64,000 bases of DNA from Ginglymostoma cirratum. Taxonomy: Eukaryota. A program made the position numbers and the translations under genes. Where the stretch lies: positions 21,708,082 through 21,772,081 of the forward strand of contig JAHRHZ010000034.1 of assembly GCA_024137785.1 (NCBI GenBank). The letters run 5' to 3'. Under the pieces are notes generated by a model. The model made no database searches and was not told the origin of the DNA. It worked only from the letters and a program-made list of their open reading frames with translations. This document shows, one piece after another, positions 50,823 through 62,912 of this stretch (positions are counted from its first letter, which is position 1; the number at the start of each line of letters is the position of its first letter).

Positions 50823-51970
50823 AAAGACTCTATTCCATTCTCCCAGTTTCTCTGTCTCCATCGTTTCAGTTCTGATGATGCCAACTTCAAGAAGGGTGCC
50901 TCTGAAATCTCCACCTTTTACTTAAACCAAGGACTCCCCAGCACCGTTGACAGGCCACTCAGCTGAGTCCAACCCATCTCTTGCACTTCAGCCCTCACCC
51001 CCTCTCTTCCCTCCCATAACAGCAATAGGGTTCCCCTTGACAACACTTACCATCCCACCACCATCCACATCCAGACGATCAGTAGCCACCATTTGCACCA
51101 CCAGACACATATTCCCCTCACCTCTCTTGTCAGCCTTTCACAAGGACCATTCCCCCTGGGAAACCCTGGTACGCTCTTCCTTCATTCCCATGGCATCTTC
51201 GCCTGCAACCGCAGAAGGAGTACCACTTGCCCATTTACTTCCTGCCTCCTCAGTGTCCAAGAGCCCAAACACACGCTCCAGGTGAAGCAACACATTACCT
51301 GCACTTCAATCTAGTTTGCTGCATTTGTTGCTCACAATGTGGGAAATGCTCCACATTGGGGAAATGAAGCATAGACTGGGTGACCACTTTGCAGAACAGC
51401 TACGTTCCGTCTGCAAAAAGACCCTGAGCTTCCAGTTGCCTGCCGTTTCAATATACCACCCTGTTCCCTGGCCTCCTTCTCTGTCTCAGGCTTGCTACAG
51501 TGCTCCAGTGAAGCTCAGTGCAAGCTGGAAGAATAGCACCTCATTTTCCACTTGGGAACTCTGCAGCCTTCTGGACTCAATATCGAGTTCAACAATATTG
51601 GGGCTTGAGGCACCTTCTTCCATGTCCTCACCCTAATCCCCACATGCCAGGCCTAGTTATCACATGGTGAACTAGTACATACAAACGAGTGTTAGCCACT
51701 AATAGTCCCCATTAAGAGCTATTCATTGTCCTAGGCTAATCATTATTCCCTCTTTTGTCTGCCCAACTGTTCTCTCTCCTTGGGGTCTATCTCCACCTCT
51801 TGTTTACTTCATAGACCCTCCCCACGTTCTAACCACTACATAAAAATCAACCTTTTTCTAGCTACCATCCGTTCTGAAGACGGGTCAATGGAGCCAAAAA
51901 GTTCACTCTGATTTCTGTCCACAGATTCTGCCAGACCGCTGAGCTTTTCCAGCAATTTCTGTTTTTTTTT
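50823..51970 (+). mobile_element. Penelope-like element relic (RT C-terminus, GIY-YIG endonuclease, terminal repeat)
   Basis: KDSIPFSQFLCLHRFSSDDANF and HIGEMKHRLGDHFAEQLRSV; TSD agatagataggttc / agaaaggtaggttc (12 of 14 match). Confidence 0.9.
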
Positions 51971-52499
51971 AGAAAGGTAGGTTCTTGATTGATTGAGGGT
52001 TATAAGGAAAAGGAAAGTGAATGGGCTTGAGAGATATATCAGCCATGATTGAATGGCGGAGATGACTCTATGGGCCGAATGGCTTAATTCTGCTCCTATA
52101 TCTTGTGGTCTTATGGAGTCACATACCCGGACATCTCCCCACTGTTGTGATATCCTAGATTGGAACAGCATCACTACTATTGTCACCAGGCCCTGCCAGC
52201 CTAGTCTGAGGTTGCTAATACATCAGTCATCTAGAGGAATGCACAGCAAGACTCCACTCTGCCTGTATCAATGCCACCATCTTTTCTCCAATACTTCACA
52301 TTCAATGTATCGCTGCTATTGTACCCATCTCCCACCAAGGCTCAACCAATCTCACTGTTGCCTGCAAGATCTTCATCACTCGCTGTCACTCACTCTAACC
52401 TATGACATCACTAACCCTTCATGCCCACGGTACTGCCTTCTCACTTGCTGAGGATAACTTCCTACATGCTCCAGTAACGCTGTGCCACATATTTTAATA

Positions 52500-52620
52500 C
52501 ATACCCTTCTCTCATTCCAGGAGGGAAAAAGACAGCCACATTAGGAGAGAAAGAGTCAAGACAGGGGATAGAATGCTCAGCTCCTGGTTCTTCACCCGGT
52601 ATGAGGGAAGGATGTTAATT
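52500..52620 (+). pseudogene. PIF/Harbinger Myb-like gene, exon 2 relic
   Basis: Acceptor cccttctctcattccag (ends 52520), then SHIRRERVKTGDR..FTRYEGRML, resembling HNRRERxKTGGG..LTxYEExxL. Confidence 0.6.
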
Positions 52621-53164
52621 CTTACCGTCCCAAACAACTGACTAACCATATCCTTGAATGGTATCAGAGATTGCCCTTGACTTACTCTGCTAGGATCTTC
52701 TAACCGATGTCTGACTTGACTAAGGACTGCTTCCTGGCTTTGTATGAATGCTTAACAGCACAGCAAGACAGCAGTGCTGTGAGCCTAACATCTCCGGCTA
52801 AGGGACAAGCTGCAAAATGTCAAGGCAGGGCAAGGCAGAGATGCTATCAGATTCTGTTTTTCCAATCTCCTTCTATTTCTGCCTTCGCTCAGTTGTAAGA
52901 GGAAGGACTGGATATCTCCCAGCCAGCTGCTGTATCTGCAGTGGGAGATTTGTGGAAATGCTAAACAGCATTTCCCAGGTATTTTACATTGACAATCAAC
53001 TAAAGTTGCAACAGACTGCTGAAAGAAACCCTGTGGAAATTGAACCACGATGTGTTGGCTCTGGAGGTCATTGCAACATTACACTGCATGCCCAATCAAT
53101 GGGGGAGATATGATACACTGTGAAAATTGCCAACAACAAAAGATCAGTTGCCCATTACTGATGT

Positions 53165-53575
53165 AAGAAGAGAGACAGGGTCAGTTAGATTATATTTGCT
53201 GGAGTTTAGAAGAATGGAAATAGTTCTCATATTAATTTACAAAATTCTAACAGGATAAGACAGGGTAAAGCAGACAAGATCTTCCCAATGACTGGGAAGT
53301 CCAGAACCAGGTGCCTCAGTCTAAGGAAATGGGGTGGGCCAAATAGGACTAAGATGAAGAGAAATTTCTTCATTCAGAGAGCGGTGTGCCTGGGGAATTT
53401 GTTGCCACAGAAAGTAATTGAGGCCAAAGCAATAAATGTTTTCAAGAATGAGCTAGAGGGATCAAAGGGTATGGGACAAGAGCAGGAACAGAGTACTGCA
53501 TAGGATGACCAACCATGATCATATGGCAGAACAGGCTCAAAAGGCCGAATGGCCTACTCCAGTTCCTGTTTTCAA
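53165..53575 (+). mobile_element. CR1 3' fragment
   Basis: GKSRTRCLSL..RNFFIQRAVCL. Confidence 0.8.
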
Positions 53576-55747
53576 TTACAAATCTTTCCCAATTTCAATT
53601 TGTGGTGAACCATATCATAACAATAAATTGGAAGTGATCCATAATAGGTAGCTGATCCAATAACAATATTATACTCTATCACAAAATTACACCATTATCT
53701 TCATATTTATTATTTTCAATTATAACAGAGATACTGATCAACTCTGATCCTTCTCCTCTCACTAGCCTAAGGGTGATTAGACTAATTACAATGTCCCCAG
53801 TGACAAACATTATTTTGTTTTTAAGTTCACATTACAAAATGGGCCAATTTCAAGGTTGTTTACAACGCTGGGTGTTTCTTCCCTTTTACACGTGAAAGTT
53901 CTTCTCTTCCTGATGTATTGACCAGTTAATTTTTTCCTTTTATCTTTACATGCACCACTTGGACGTGCAGGGTTATTGATAGCTTCAGGATTTGTGCTGG
54001 TTTTATGATGTTATCATTGAGCATGCCTGAAACACATATCAACTTAGTACAGGTGGGTGGGGAGGAAGTGGTGAGAGAGCTGGAAAATTCCAAACAGAGC
54101 ATTCAATTCCCTGCATTGTCTGGACAAGTTTACCTTGAGTGTTTCAATTTGTAAGAAATACCTTCTTCTTTATTTATAAAGCCGAGCTGCACTCCTACAC
54201 TCCACAAGATCATACTCCCTTTGGAAAGCTGGCCAAATTCCCTCTCTCTGGAAATACACCAAAATATCTTCCTTTGAACTTTGTAGTCCTCCACATTGGG
54301 AGCGAAGTATGTACCGAGGACAACATTGAGGTGGAGCACAGATCATCACAGGTTTTTAAACTCTGACTTCTCCCATTTTGGCTGGGGAATTTGATATCTG
54401 CTCACACCCTCCCTACCATTGCCACATTTCAATTTAAAATAAACCTGGAGATCTCCACGTCCCAGGAAGCAGCATCATACTGTTGTTCTTTCAGAGATGG
54501 GCACGCCCAAACCTGCAGCATGTTTTTTGTTCTTTCTGCATGTCTGAATGCTCAGTCTTCTGGCAACAAGCAAGAACCTTCTGCTTGGTCAACAGCAGTG
54601 ATTTGCTGGCTAAGTGTTAGAGCCTGAGAAAACATGACAGGAATTTGCCAAAGTTCAAACAGGTTTTCCTGCAGCAGGAATGAGCTCTAGAAGGGAGTAT
54701 AGTAATATATACAACTGAACATGTCAAAACATTGATTATCAGGATGAGTAAACTATAGCACTACTATATGATTATGCTCAAGTGCATGTACATTTAACAG
54801 GAGTGTGGTATTTTGCTCTGACCTGAAGTATAACATTTGAAATGTGAAAAGTACTTTGACATAGCCATTAACATAAAACAATTCTTAACATGCTACATAG
54901 CTTCAGATCAATGTGCAAAAAGATGTACAAACATGTTTTATTTCTGAATATCTAGATGCAGGACATATTGTCCTAGTCACAAGCTTCATGTCAGTAACAC
55001 TATCTGAATCAAGGCAAAGAACAGTTATCCAAAGTCATTCGGAAGCCGACTCTTGTGGTTGTCTGGCAACGCAAACTGTAAGGAGCAACAATGGAAGAGC
55101 TTGACATTATCCTACTGGAATTTTCTCTCTTATGTTCGAGTGTGCACCTAGTTGCCAACTGTTTCAGATTCTCTGCTGCGCAAGGTTGCATTCATCGACG
55201 TTTTCTCCTCAAAGCGAATGACCCACTACAGTCACTTATGTAAATTGGTTTGAGGCAAAATCAGCTTTGGTAAAGCCTTATGGAATTTCAAGCGCAACCA
55301 AATACTTAGGATGGAATCATCTCAGCCCTGAACGATATGGATCTTAGTGAGAAATTTCTGAAAATCAGGTGAGAAGTCCAGCAACGAACTTCTCAATGTT
55401 GAGATCAAAAAGTCCTATTTTTTAACCAAGTGTTGGATGAGAATGTGAGATTCTAAGTAGTGTGCAGTGAGAGCTTTGTTAACATGGATTATAATTCATT
55501 ATGACCCTCATTATTATCTAAACGCACCTCAATAATTTTCCTACTCTCCCAACCACTGAATAAAAACTAGATACCTAGTGACTCCAGTTCACTTCTTGCT
55601 CCTTTGAACCTCCACCTTAGACACCAATCAGCAGTATCTCAGGGCACAATCCATGGGCAGTAACTGCATGAAATCCCAAGCCTAAGGATATTGACACTTG
55701 ATACCACATCGAGTACTAATGATCAGACTTGATGCCTAAACACTATA

Positions 55748-56180
55748 GGGAGAAAATGGCCTCATGGTATTATCACTGGACTGTCAATCAGAGACCCAGA
55801 AAATGTTCTGGGCACCTGGGTTCCCATCATGGCAAATGATGATATTTGAATTCCATAAAAGTCTGGAATTGAGAGTCTAATGATGACATTGTTGATTGTT
55901 GGAAAAACCCATCTGTTTCACTAATGTCCTTTGGAGAAGGAAGCTGCCATCCTTGAAGAAAAGGTCAGGGTTAACATTTCAGGTATGGTGACCTTTCCTC
56001 AGAACTTCCACAGTTCTTTCAGTTTTTATTTAGCTGCCATCCTTACCTTATCTGGCCTACATGTGACACCAAATCAAGAGCAATATTGTTGACTCATAAC
56101 TGCCCTCAGGGCAATTAGGGATGGATGATAAACGCTGGCCTAGCCAGCGATGCTCTCATCTTGTGAATGAGTAAAAAAAA
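55748..56180 (+). mobile_element. tRNA-SINE family B, full length, with nested Penelope mini-insertion
   Basis: tggcctcatggtatt A-box, gggttcc B-box, conserved body, tail ..gaatgagtaaaaaaaaa. Confidence 0.85.
55955..56031. mobile_element. 77-bp Penelope-derived insertion carrying a hammerhead core (minus)
   Basis: Perfect 13-bp TSD agctgccatcctt at 55942-55954 and 56032-56044; minus strand CUGAGGA-A-AGGU(CACCAU)ACCU-GAAA-UGUU. Confidence 0.85.
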
Positions 56181-56834
56181 ATTAGAGTCCCTGTGCCTGG
56201 ATTGCACACATCTTGATATAAGTCCTTTAAAAATGGCACCCTGAAGTTTTCTGCCAATAACTCTTGGTCATTAGCCATTATTGGTCAGGTCCTCTTCAGG
56301 ATAGCTGTTAATTGACCATATTGCCCAAGATTTTTATAAGAGGCCTATCATTGGCTCATGTGGTCGGTCAACCCAGAAACTACCCTGATGTTGGGAACTC
56401 GAGACAATTGGCAAAATCCACAATGTTCGCTCTGTTTCTCTTTCTGCAGATTCTTCCAGAAATTTTGAGACTTTCCTCGCAGTTTCTGTATCCAAGTGGC
56501 TGCTGGAAATACTTGAGTATTATTTGAGAGAGTTTTGTAATTTCTTGGCCAGTTTTTTTCTTAGATTGCTTAGCTATTTTTTTAGCTTGGTCCTCTCTTG
56601 TTCTGCACTGATTATATCACTGAAACTTTTCCCACTGAATGGTTTGTATAAAGTGTCAAAAGTAGATCAAACCTCCAGACTGTAAAAGGCTGAGTATATT
56701 TTAGTTTTGACTTTTGGAAGTAAAAGTTGGAAGAGATGTTAAATCGGCCATGGACTCGCTAATTGTTACTTTACTCTCTTGCTCAAAGATCTTCCTTCCT
56801 TTTGTCAAATCAATGGAAATGACGGTAAGAGTTG

Positions 56835-57390
56835 GGAAGTCATTTTGTGATTGTACAGAACATTGGTGAGGCCACTTTTGGAGTATTGTGTACGTTCTGG
56901 TTCCCCTGCTGTGGTAAGAATTTTATAAGATTGCAGAGGGTTCAGAAAAGATTTGCAAGAATGTTGGAAGAACTGCAAGGTTTAGTTATACGGAGAGGCT
57001 GGATAGGCTGGGATTTTTTTCCACTGAAGCATAGGAGGCTGAGGGGTGACGGTCTAGAAGTTTATGATATCATGAGGGGCATAGATAAGGTGAATAACAA
57101 AGGTCTTTTCCCTAGGTGTGTTCAAAACTAGGGGGCATGTTTTTAAGATGAGAGGAGAAAAATTTAAAGAGACCTGAGGGGGCAACCCGTGGAGTGAACT
57201 GCCAGAAGAAGTGGTAGATGCAGGTTACGGTTACAACTTTAACTATTTGGACAGGTACATGAATAGAAAAGGTTTAGAGACAAATGGGCAAAACACAGGA
57301 AAATGAGAAGAATTTAGTTTGGCAAACTTGGTGGGCATGGATGCGTTGGACCGAAGGGCCTGGTTCCATGCTGTACGACTCTATGACTTG
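56835..57390 (+). mobile_element. CR1 3' fragment
   Basis: LQRVQKRFARML..RRLRGDGLEVYDIMRGIDKV; tail gactctatgact. Confidence 0.88.
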
Positions 57391-57589
57391 TCTGGCTGAC
57401 CAAAGGAAGATCTCACATTTTATATTTTCTGATCAACCTATACAGAGATGTTATTAACAACTCTGGAGCAGGCTGTGCTTGAATCTAGGACTCTTGGCTG
57501 AGAGGTAGGGACACTACCACTGTGCAACAAGAATAACTTCAGTCACAGATTCAGCTGTACAGTGGATCATTAGATTTCCACATAAGATC

Positions 57590-57895
57590 AGTCAGGATGA
57601 TCCAATCAGGGGTCACTATTTAAAAATTCTGTATCACCCATTTTAAATAGGGATGAAGTGATTTTTTTCCCCCTTTCATGAGTTTTTAGAATTGTCTACC
57701 TGAAAACGTAGTGAAAGCAGGGTCCATGAATAATTTTAAGACAGTGTTGGATAATTCTTCCTAAGTGAGGAGTAAAAGATTAACATGAATAGGCGGAAAT
57801 GGAGATTTGAGTTTACAATCAGATCAGCCATGATCTTATTGAAAGGCAGAGCTGGCTCAAGGGGCTGAATGGTCTACTGTTCCTTCTTATTCATA
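57590..57895 (+). mobile_element. Old CR1 3' fragment
   Basis: agatcagccatgatcttattgaaaggcagagctggctcaaggggctgaatggtctact 3'UTR. Confidence 0.75.
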
Positions 57896-58169
57896 TCGTT
57901 TCCTTCTGGAACTCTGCTCAGAGCACTAACTCAGACTGTTAGACCCTAACAGGATAACAATCACCTGTTTTGACAGTTTTACATGATATAATAAATCTGT
58001 TGAAGCAATTTGATTATGTTAAGAAAGTTCTTAGGTTAAAATTAGTGGTTGTTCGGATAGACAATAAGAACTGGATCTATTACTCTCAAGCAGTGTAGAC
58101 TTAGAGAGGACTTGATAGAAGTTACTACAATATGGAATGAGCTGGATATTTCTCAATTATTCAATGCAA

Positions 58170-58640
58170 TTAATTATTAAATCTGGAATAAAATGTTAGT
58201 TTCATCAATAATGATCACAAAACTACTAAATTGTTGTAAAAAATTCTGGTTCACCAACATTCATCAGGGGAAGAAATCTGTGGTCGTTTTCTAGTCCGGC
58301 CTTCATGCGACCTTAGAATTACTGCAATATGGCTGACTCTTAATTGCCCTCTGAACTAGCCTACCAACCTCAGTTCAGGGGTAAATTTGTTTATGTTTAT
58401 TTATGGGACATGGCCAAACCTAACTGGGAGCTGCCATCCCTTGTTGGTTTTGAGAAGGCCTTGGTGAGCTGCCTTCTTGAACCATGGCAGTCCATTTGGT
58501 TGAGAGACACCGACAGTGCCGTTAGGAATGGATTTTGACCCAGCAGCACTGAAGAAAATATATTCCCAAGTCAGGACGGTGAATGGTTTAAAGGGGAACT
58601 TGCAGCTGGTGGTCGTAATAGGTTTCTAAGCTGCTGTCTA
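58170..58640. mobile_element. Decayed tRNA-SINE B (plus) followed by LINE family B 3' end (minus)
   Basis: ctggttcaccaacattc..tgactcttaattgccctctg; ggtgagctgccttcttgaacc. Confidence 0.7.
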
Positions 58641-58666
58641 ATGAGGGATGAGCAACAAGTACTGTC

Positions 58667-59135
58667 CTAACTGTTGTTTCCCACATCCAAAGAACAAATA
58701 TAAAAGAGGTGACTGGGATGGACCGTGAGGTCTGCATATAAACTAAGCCAATGCAGGAACAGGTTGGATATTAAGTGGTATTTCTTTTCTCCAGTGAGTA
58801 ATGAGCCTCTAAAATATGTTACCGTGTGGCGCTGTGAGTACTGAGAGTTTGCAAGTCTGCAAGTGGAAGCTAGACTGGATTTTGACGAGGGCATAGACTG
58901 CAATGTCTGGAGTAAATTAACTAATAATACATGGTCCAAATGGTATCTTGGGTTGGTTTTAAATATTTTGTGGAGATGGCGATGAAATTTCCGAAGTACT
59001 CTTTCCACATATTGACTCTGGGTTTTTGTTTCTCACAGGAGATTAAATGGCTGAGGGGGTGGGGATATAATGAGTGCCTTGGGATAGAAGGCAGCCATAT
59101 TGTGCCAGACATCATGAGTGTCGGGTAGCAGTTCA
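58667..59135 (-). pseudogene. Rex1/Babar-like LINE AP-endonuclease relic
   Basis: ..AFYPKALII..*..ERVLRKFHRHL..LDHVLLVN..QSMP resembles Rex1-type YPEAxxIVAGDFN..VLPKFHQHV..LDHVYTN..YRSIP; recognised by eye. Confidence 0.5.
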
Positions 59136-59210
59136 TTTCTTACCAAACATTTTCAGATATTTTAAATGCTCACTCAGCACTATGTCATTCAAAGAACTTA
59201 AGAAATCTTA

Positions 59211-59391
59211 TGATGAGAATGCATTAACCTGTTTTAGCAAGAATTTCTTTTGCTCATTCCACAATCCATGTGATGACAACTCTTTAAAAGAAAAAGTTAT
59301 TTCCTTAATGATGCTGCCGAATACAGTTTTGGCTGTTAAAAATATGGATCTTTCCAGAACTACTTCTCCTTTTCTTTCACACAACACACCA
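59211..59391 (-). repeat. Left arm of about 180-bp inverted repeat
   Basis: Reverse complement of 61467-61638. Confidence 0.92.
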
Positions 59392-60257
59392 TGGGATTGA
59401 ATGGAACCATTATAAACTAAAAAGATTATTGTAGGAGGATTCATGATCTTGAACATATTTCAAATATTTCTGCACCTTACTATCCCATTATCTGAGGCCT
59501 TTTTAACCGCCCAAGCTGAATAAACTTTGGAATTCTATGAACCAAATAACAAAGAGATGTTTCAAATTACTCATTGCTGGCAAGGAACCCACTGGGTCCC
59601 ACAATAGAGTTAACGAAATGAACTAAGGGCCTTTGTACAAGCAATAAAAAAGTATGTCAAAGGACATATTGTGCTGATTTCTATAACAAATTGGATCACG
59701 GTAGTTCCTGTCTGAAGTAAAACTATGACTGCAGAACATAATTGTGCAGGTGCATCTGAAAGAAAGGACAGTGAATTGGAGAAACTGAGCAATAGTAGAA
59801 TGGATTAGTCAAACTGTCATCTGTAGCAATGTATTGTCCCCTTTTTTTGGTTCAGCTGCTACTGTGGCTCAAGTGGAAGAATTCTGAATTATTCTTTGTT
59901 TCATACCTTCTTTGACAAGTACTATCTTCTCAGAAGCTGCGACATTCTTGCTAGGATCCAGCTTTTTATGTTCCAAACCCCAGCCCCAGTGACGGACACA
60001 AAACTGATCTTTCAGAAAAACTTTGTCCTTGAACAATCAAAAAAAGCTATTGCTGGTTCAATCCCAGGTGAGACATCTCTTCCAACTTTTATTTCAAGTT
60101 TGCGTGTGGTTTCTGCAAATTATTTTTAAAGACCAAAGAAACCCATTTCATGTTTGAGTGAATCCCATGCCATTCTGGACAATAGCCTGATAAAAAATGT
60201 GGACAGATGATATGCACGTAGAGTAAAAGCAAAATAGGCCAAATTTAGTACATTAAT

Positions 60258-60625
60258 AGAGGGGAAATGATGGTCTAATCGTACTATCACTAGATTGTTA
60301 TACCAGTAACTCAGCTAATATTCTGAGGATCCAGGTTCGAATACCACCACAGCGGATGGTGGAATTTGAATTCAACTGAAAAAAATTCTGAAGTTACAAA
60401 TCTACTGATGATCATGAAAACATTGTCAAGTGTCATGAAAAACCCATTGTTATGCTAACGGCTTTCAAGAAAGAAAATCTGCCATCCTTACCTGGCCCGG
60501 TCTACATGTGACTCCAGATCCCCAGCAATGTGGTTGACTCTTAACTGTCCTCTGGGCAGTTAGGGACGGGCAACAAATGCTGGCTTAGCCAACAATGCTC
60601 TCGTCTTGTGAATTAATTTTTAAAA
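60258..60625 (+). mobile_element. tRNA-SINE family B, full length
   Basis: ggttcgaatacc B-box, conserved body and tail. Confidence 0.88.
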
Positions 60626-61466
60626 AGCTGCAGGTATCCTGACATTGCATAGTTGAGGTTGCAGCAAAAGTAATAAGAGTTCCCTTTTTTATTGCAGGAT
60701 ATTTTGCATATGTGTTCATACTTTCTTTTGTTAAATCTGATTAGTTAACTGTTTTAAAATTACTGCAATATTTGTCCCAGTGGCACACAGCCTGCCATCT
60801 CCTTCAATTACAGAATCATGTGTGCCAAAGACAGTCATTCATTCTGTGTGTCTCTATCAAAGTGTTATCAAATTAATCCTGTTCCTTTATCTTTTCCCCA
60901 GCTTGAGCCTCACAACAAGTGAAGTAAAAATGTCAGACAGTGCACTGCCACATATAACAGCTTTGTTTATCCACTTTCGCCTTTCATTCTATTCTTTCTC
61001 TTTAGTTTCTATTCAATTTCCTTTTGAAAGATCCTACTAAATCTGCCTCCGTTACTCTTCCAGGACAGCCGATGATATGTTATTTCCCTCCTGAATCCTT
61101 AAAACATAGGATAATTTTTCCAAAATATTTGTAACTTGCAGTCAACCAGGAGGGGCATGGTCAGATGGACTGATATGCTGGGCCAAACAATTTTGTAGCT
61201 GACAGACTGAAATGAACATGAGTCTTTGTAATCATAAAATTAAACCAATATTATCATAGTAGCATTCATGCTGCAGAACAAAAGCTATTCAGAAGTCATA
61301 TTTTTACAGCATGAAAATTAACTAATTCAATGTCTATTGCTGGTGTGCCAACGCCACATGGACAGCAGCAGCTCACCATGTGTACTCTCAAGGGTAATTA
61401 AAGATAAGCAATAAGTGCCAGCCTTATCAGTGACGCCAACATCGTGTAAAAGAATAAAAGAAAAAT

Positions 61467-61638
61467 TGGTATGTTGTGTGAAAGAAAAGGAGGAGAAGTA
61501 GTTCTGGAAAGATTCATACTTTTAACAGCCAAAACTGTATTCGGCAGCATCATTAAAGAAATAACTTTTATTTTAGAAAAGAGTTGTGATCACATGGATT
61601 GTGGAATGAGCAAAAGAAAGGTTAATGCGTTCTCATCA
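61467..61638 (+). repeat. Right arm of about 180-bp inverted repeat
   Basis: ORF-track translations LCERKG..LTAKTVFGSIIKEITF..VNAFSS are shared with the minus ORF at 59208. Confidence 0.92.
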
Positions 61639-62912
61639 ATATTGATCCTTCTCACTTATCATTTTATAATTCTGTTATTTATTCTATTTTGTTTGTTCTA
61701 ACTTGGATGTTTTCTTTCTGCCATCTTTAACAAAGATATACATAATGTAATTGGAAGAAACGGATGGTTATGGCGAAGGAGGTGAAGACGCTTGGACTTG
61801 TGGAATGATGCACTTACATGGAAGCAAACCCTATTTTTATCCACCAACCTTTCATTATGGTTTATATTATAAAGTAATTCAAACTGACTGTGCACTTAGT
61901 TGAAAATTTATCTGTTTTATAGAAGAGAAATGCAATTTTGACAACTAAATAAAGGATACTGTGTGAATGAGAGAAAAAGCGCTGACAATTTGGAATAAAG
62001 CTCAGATTATTGGAAAAACACTGCAGATTAAGGCATTAATTTCAAATAACAGGTTCTGTTACTAGGACTGAGGAGGTGGGAGTGAGGTGCTAATTTTTTT
62101 TCTATAAAGGTGTCTGTTCGTTACTTTTGTTGCTAACTTATGCCTGTTGATTTATGAAAATTTAAGTAAAGTGGTGTCAAGGAAATTAATGCTTTCCTTG
62201 TGTTTTGTGCCTTTAAGTATAATTAAAGATATTGATTTTTTCTTCTATTTCTGCTTCTGTGTGGATCCAAATACACCATATGTCAACTAAGAGACAGAAG
62301 GTATTATTACTTTGTGACTGCATCACCTGATAAATAAGTTAGTGCAAATGGAAAAGAAGTCTTTGAAAGCCAAAATGATTCCCTCAGAAATCAAAAGTAG
62401 CCATCAAGAAAAGATCAAAAAGAAATTTTTGACAAAATCAGCTTGACATAAGGTCACATTTAAAGAAGTGGAGCTGGTTGCATGACATGAATGACCAAGA
62501 TGTTGACAATTGTCTGACAAAGCTACCAAAACCTGACTTTTTGATGATTTTTGTAAATAAGGTACAAAAGTAAAGACGTTTTGCCAAACGTATAAAGAAT
62601 TGTTAATCTCCACCGCGATGATAGTTTACAATTCTTGGCATCAGAAAGATGAAAAGGCTTTGTAGATGGTTCGAAGGAAATTTACCGGAATGGTTCCAGG
62701 AATGCGAAATTACAGAGAAGCTGGGGTAAGGGCCAAGAATCAGGAGAAGGACCTGGGTCTAAGATTTCTCTCCCAGGTCTTATCTGTGTCTGGAAGTAAT
62801 ATTGATCAGAATTGCATCACCATTGCAGGATTCTAGTAATTTAGGAATGCAATCTGAGCTCTGGATTTATGGCTATGAATTAACTTACGGATATATTTTC
62901 ATGTTAAGTTTT

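Larger units (their letters stand above)
46520..52115 (+). mobile_element. Old CR1 host (46520-46836, 48479-49447, 50281-50822, 51971-52115) split by three nested insertions
   Basis: The host is collinear across junctions (GNKEM|AEELN); it carries SGVPQG..AKFVDETKL and FFSQRVVNLW motifs. Confidence 0.85.
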
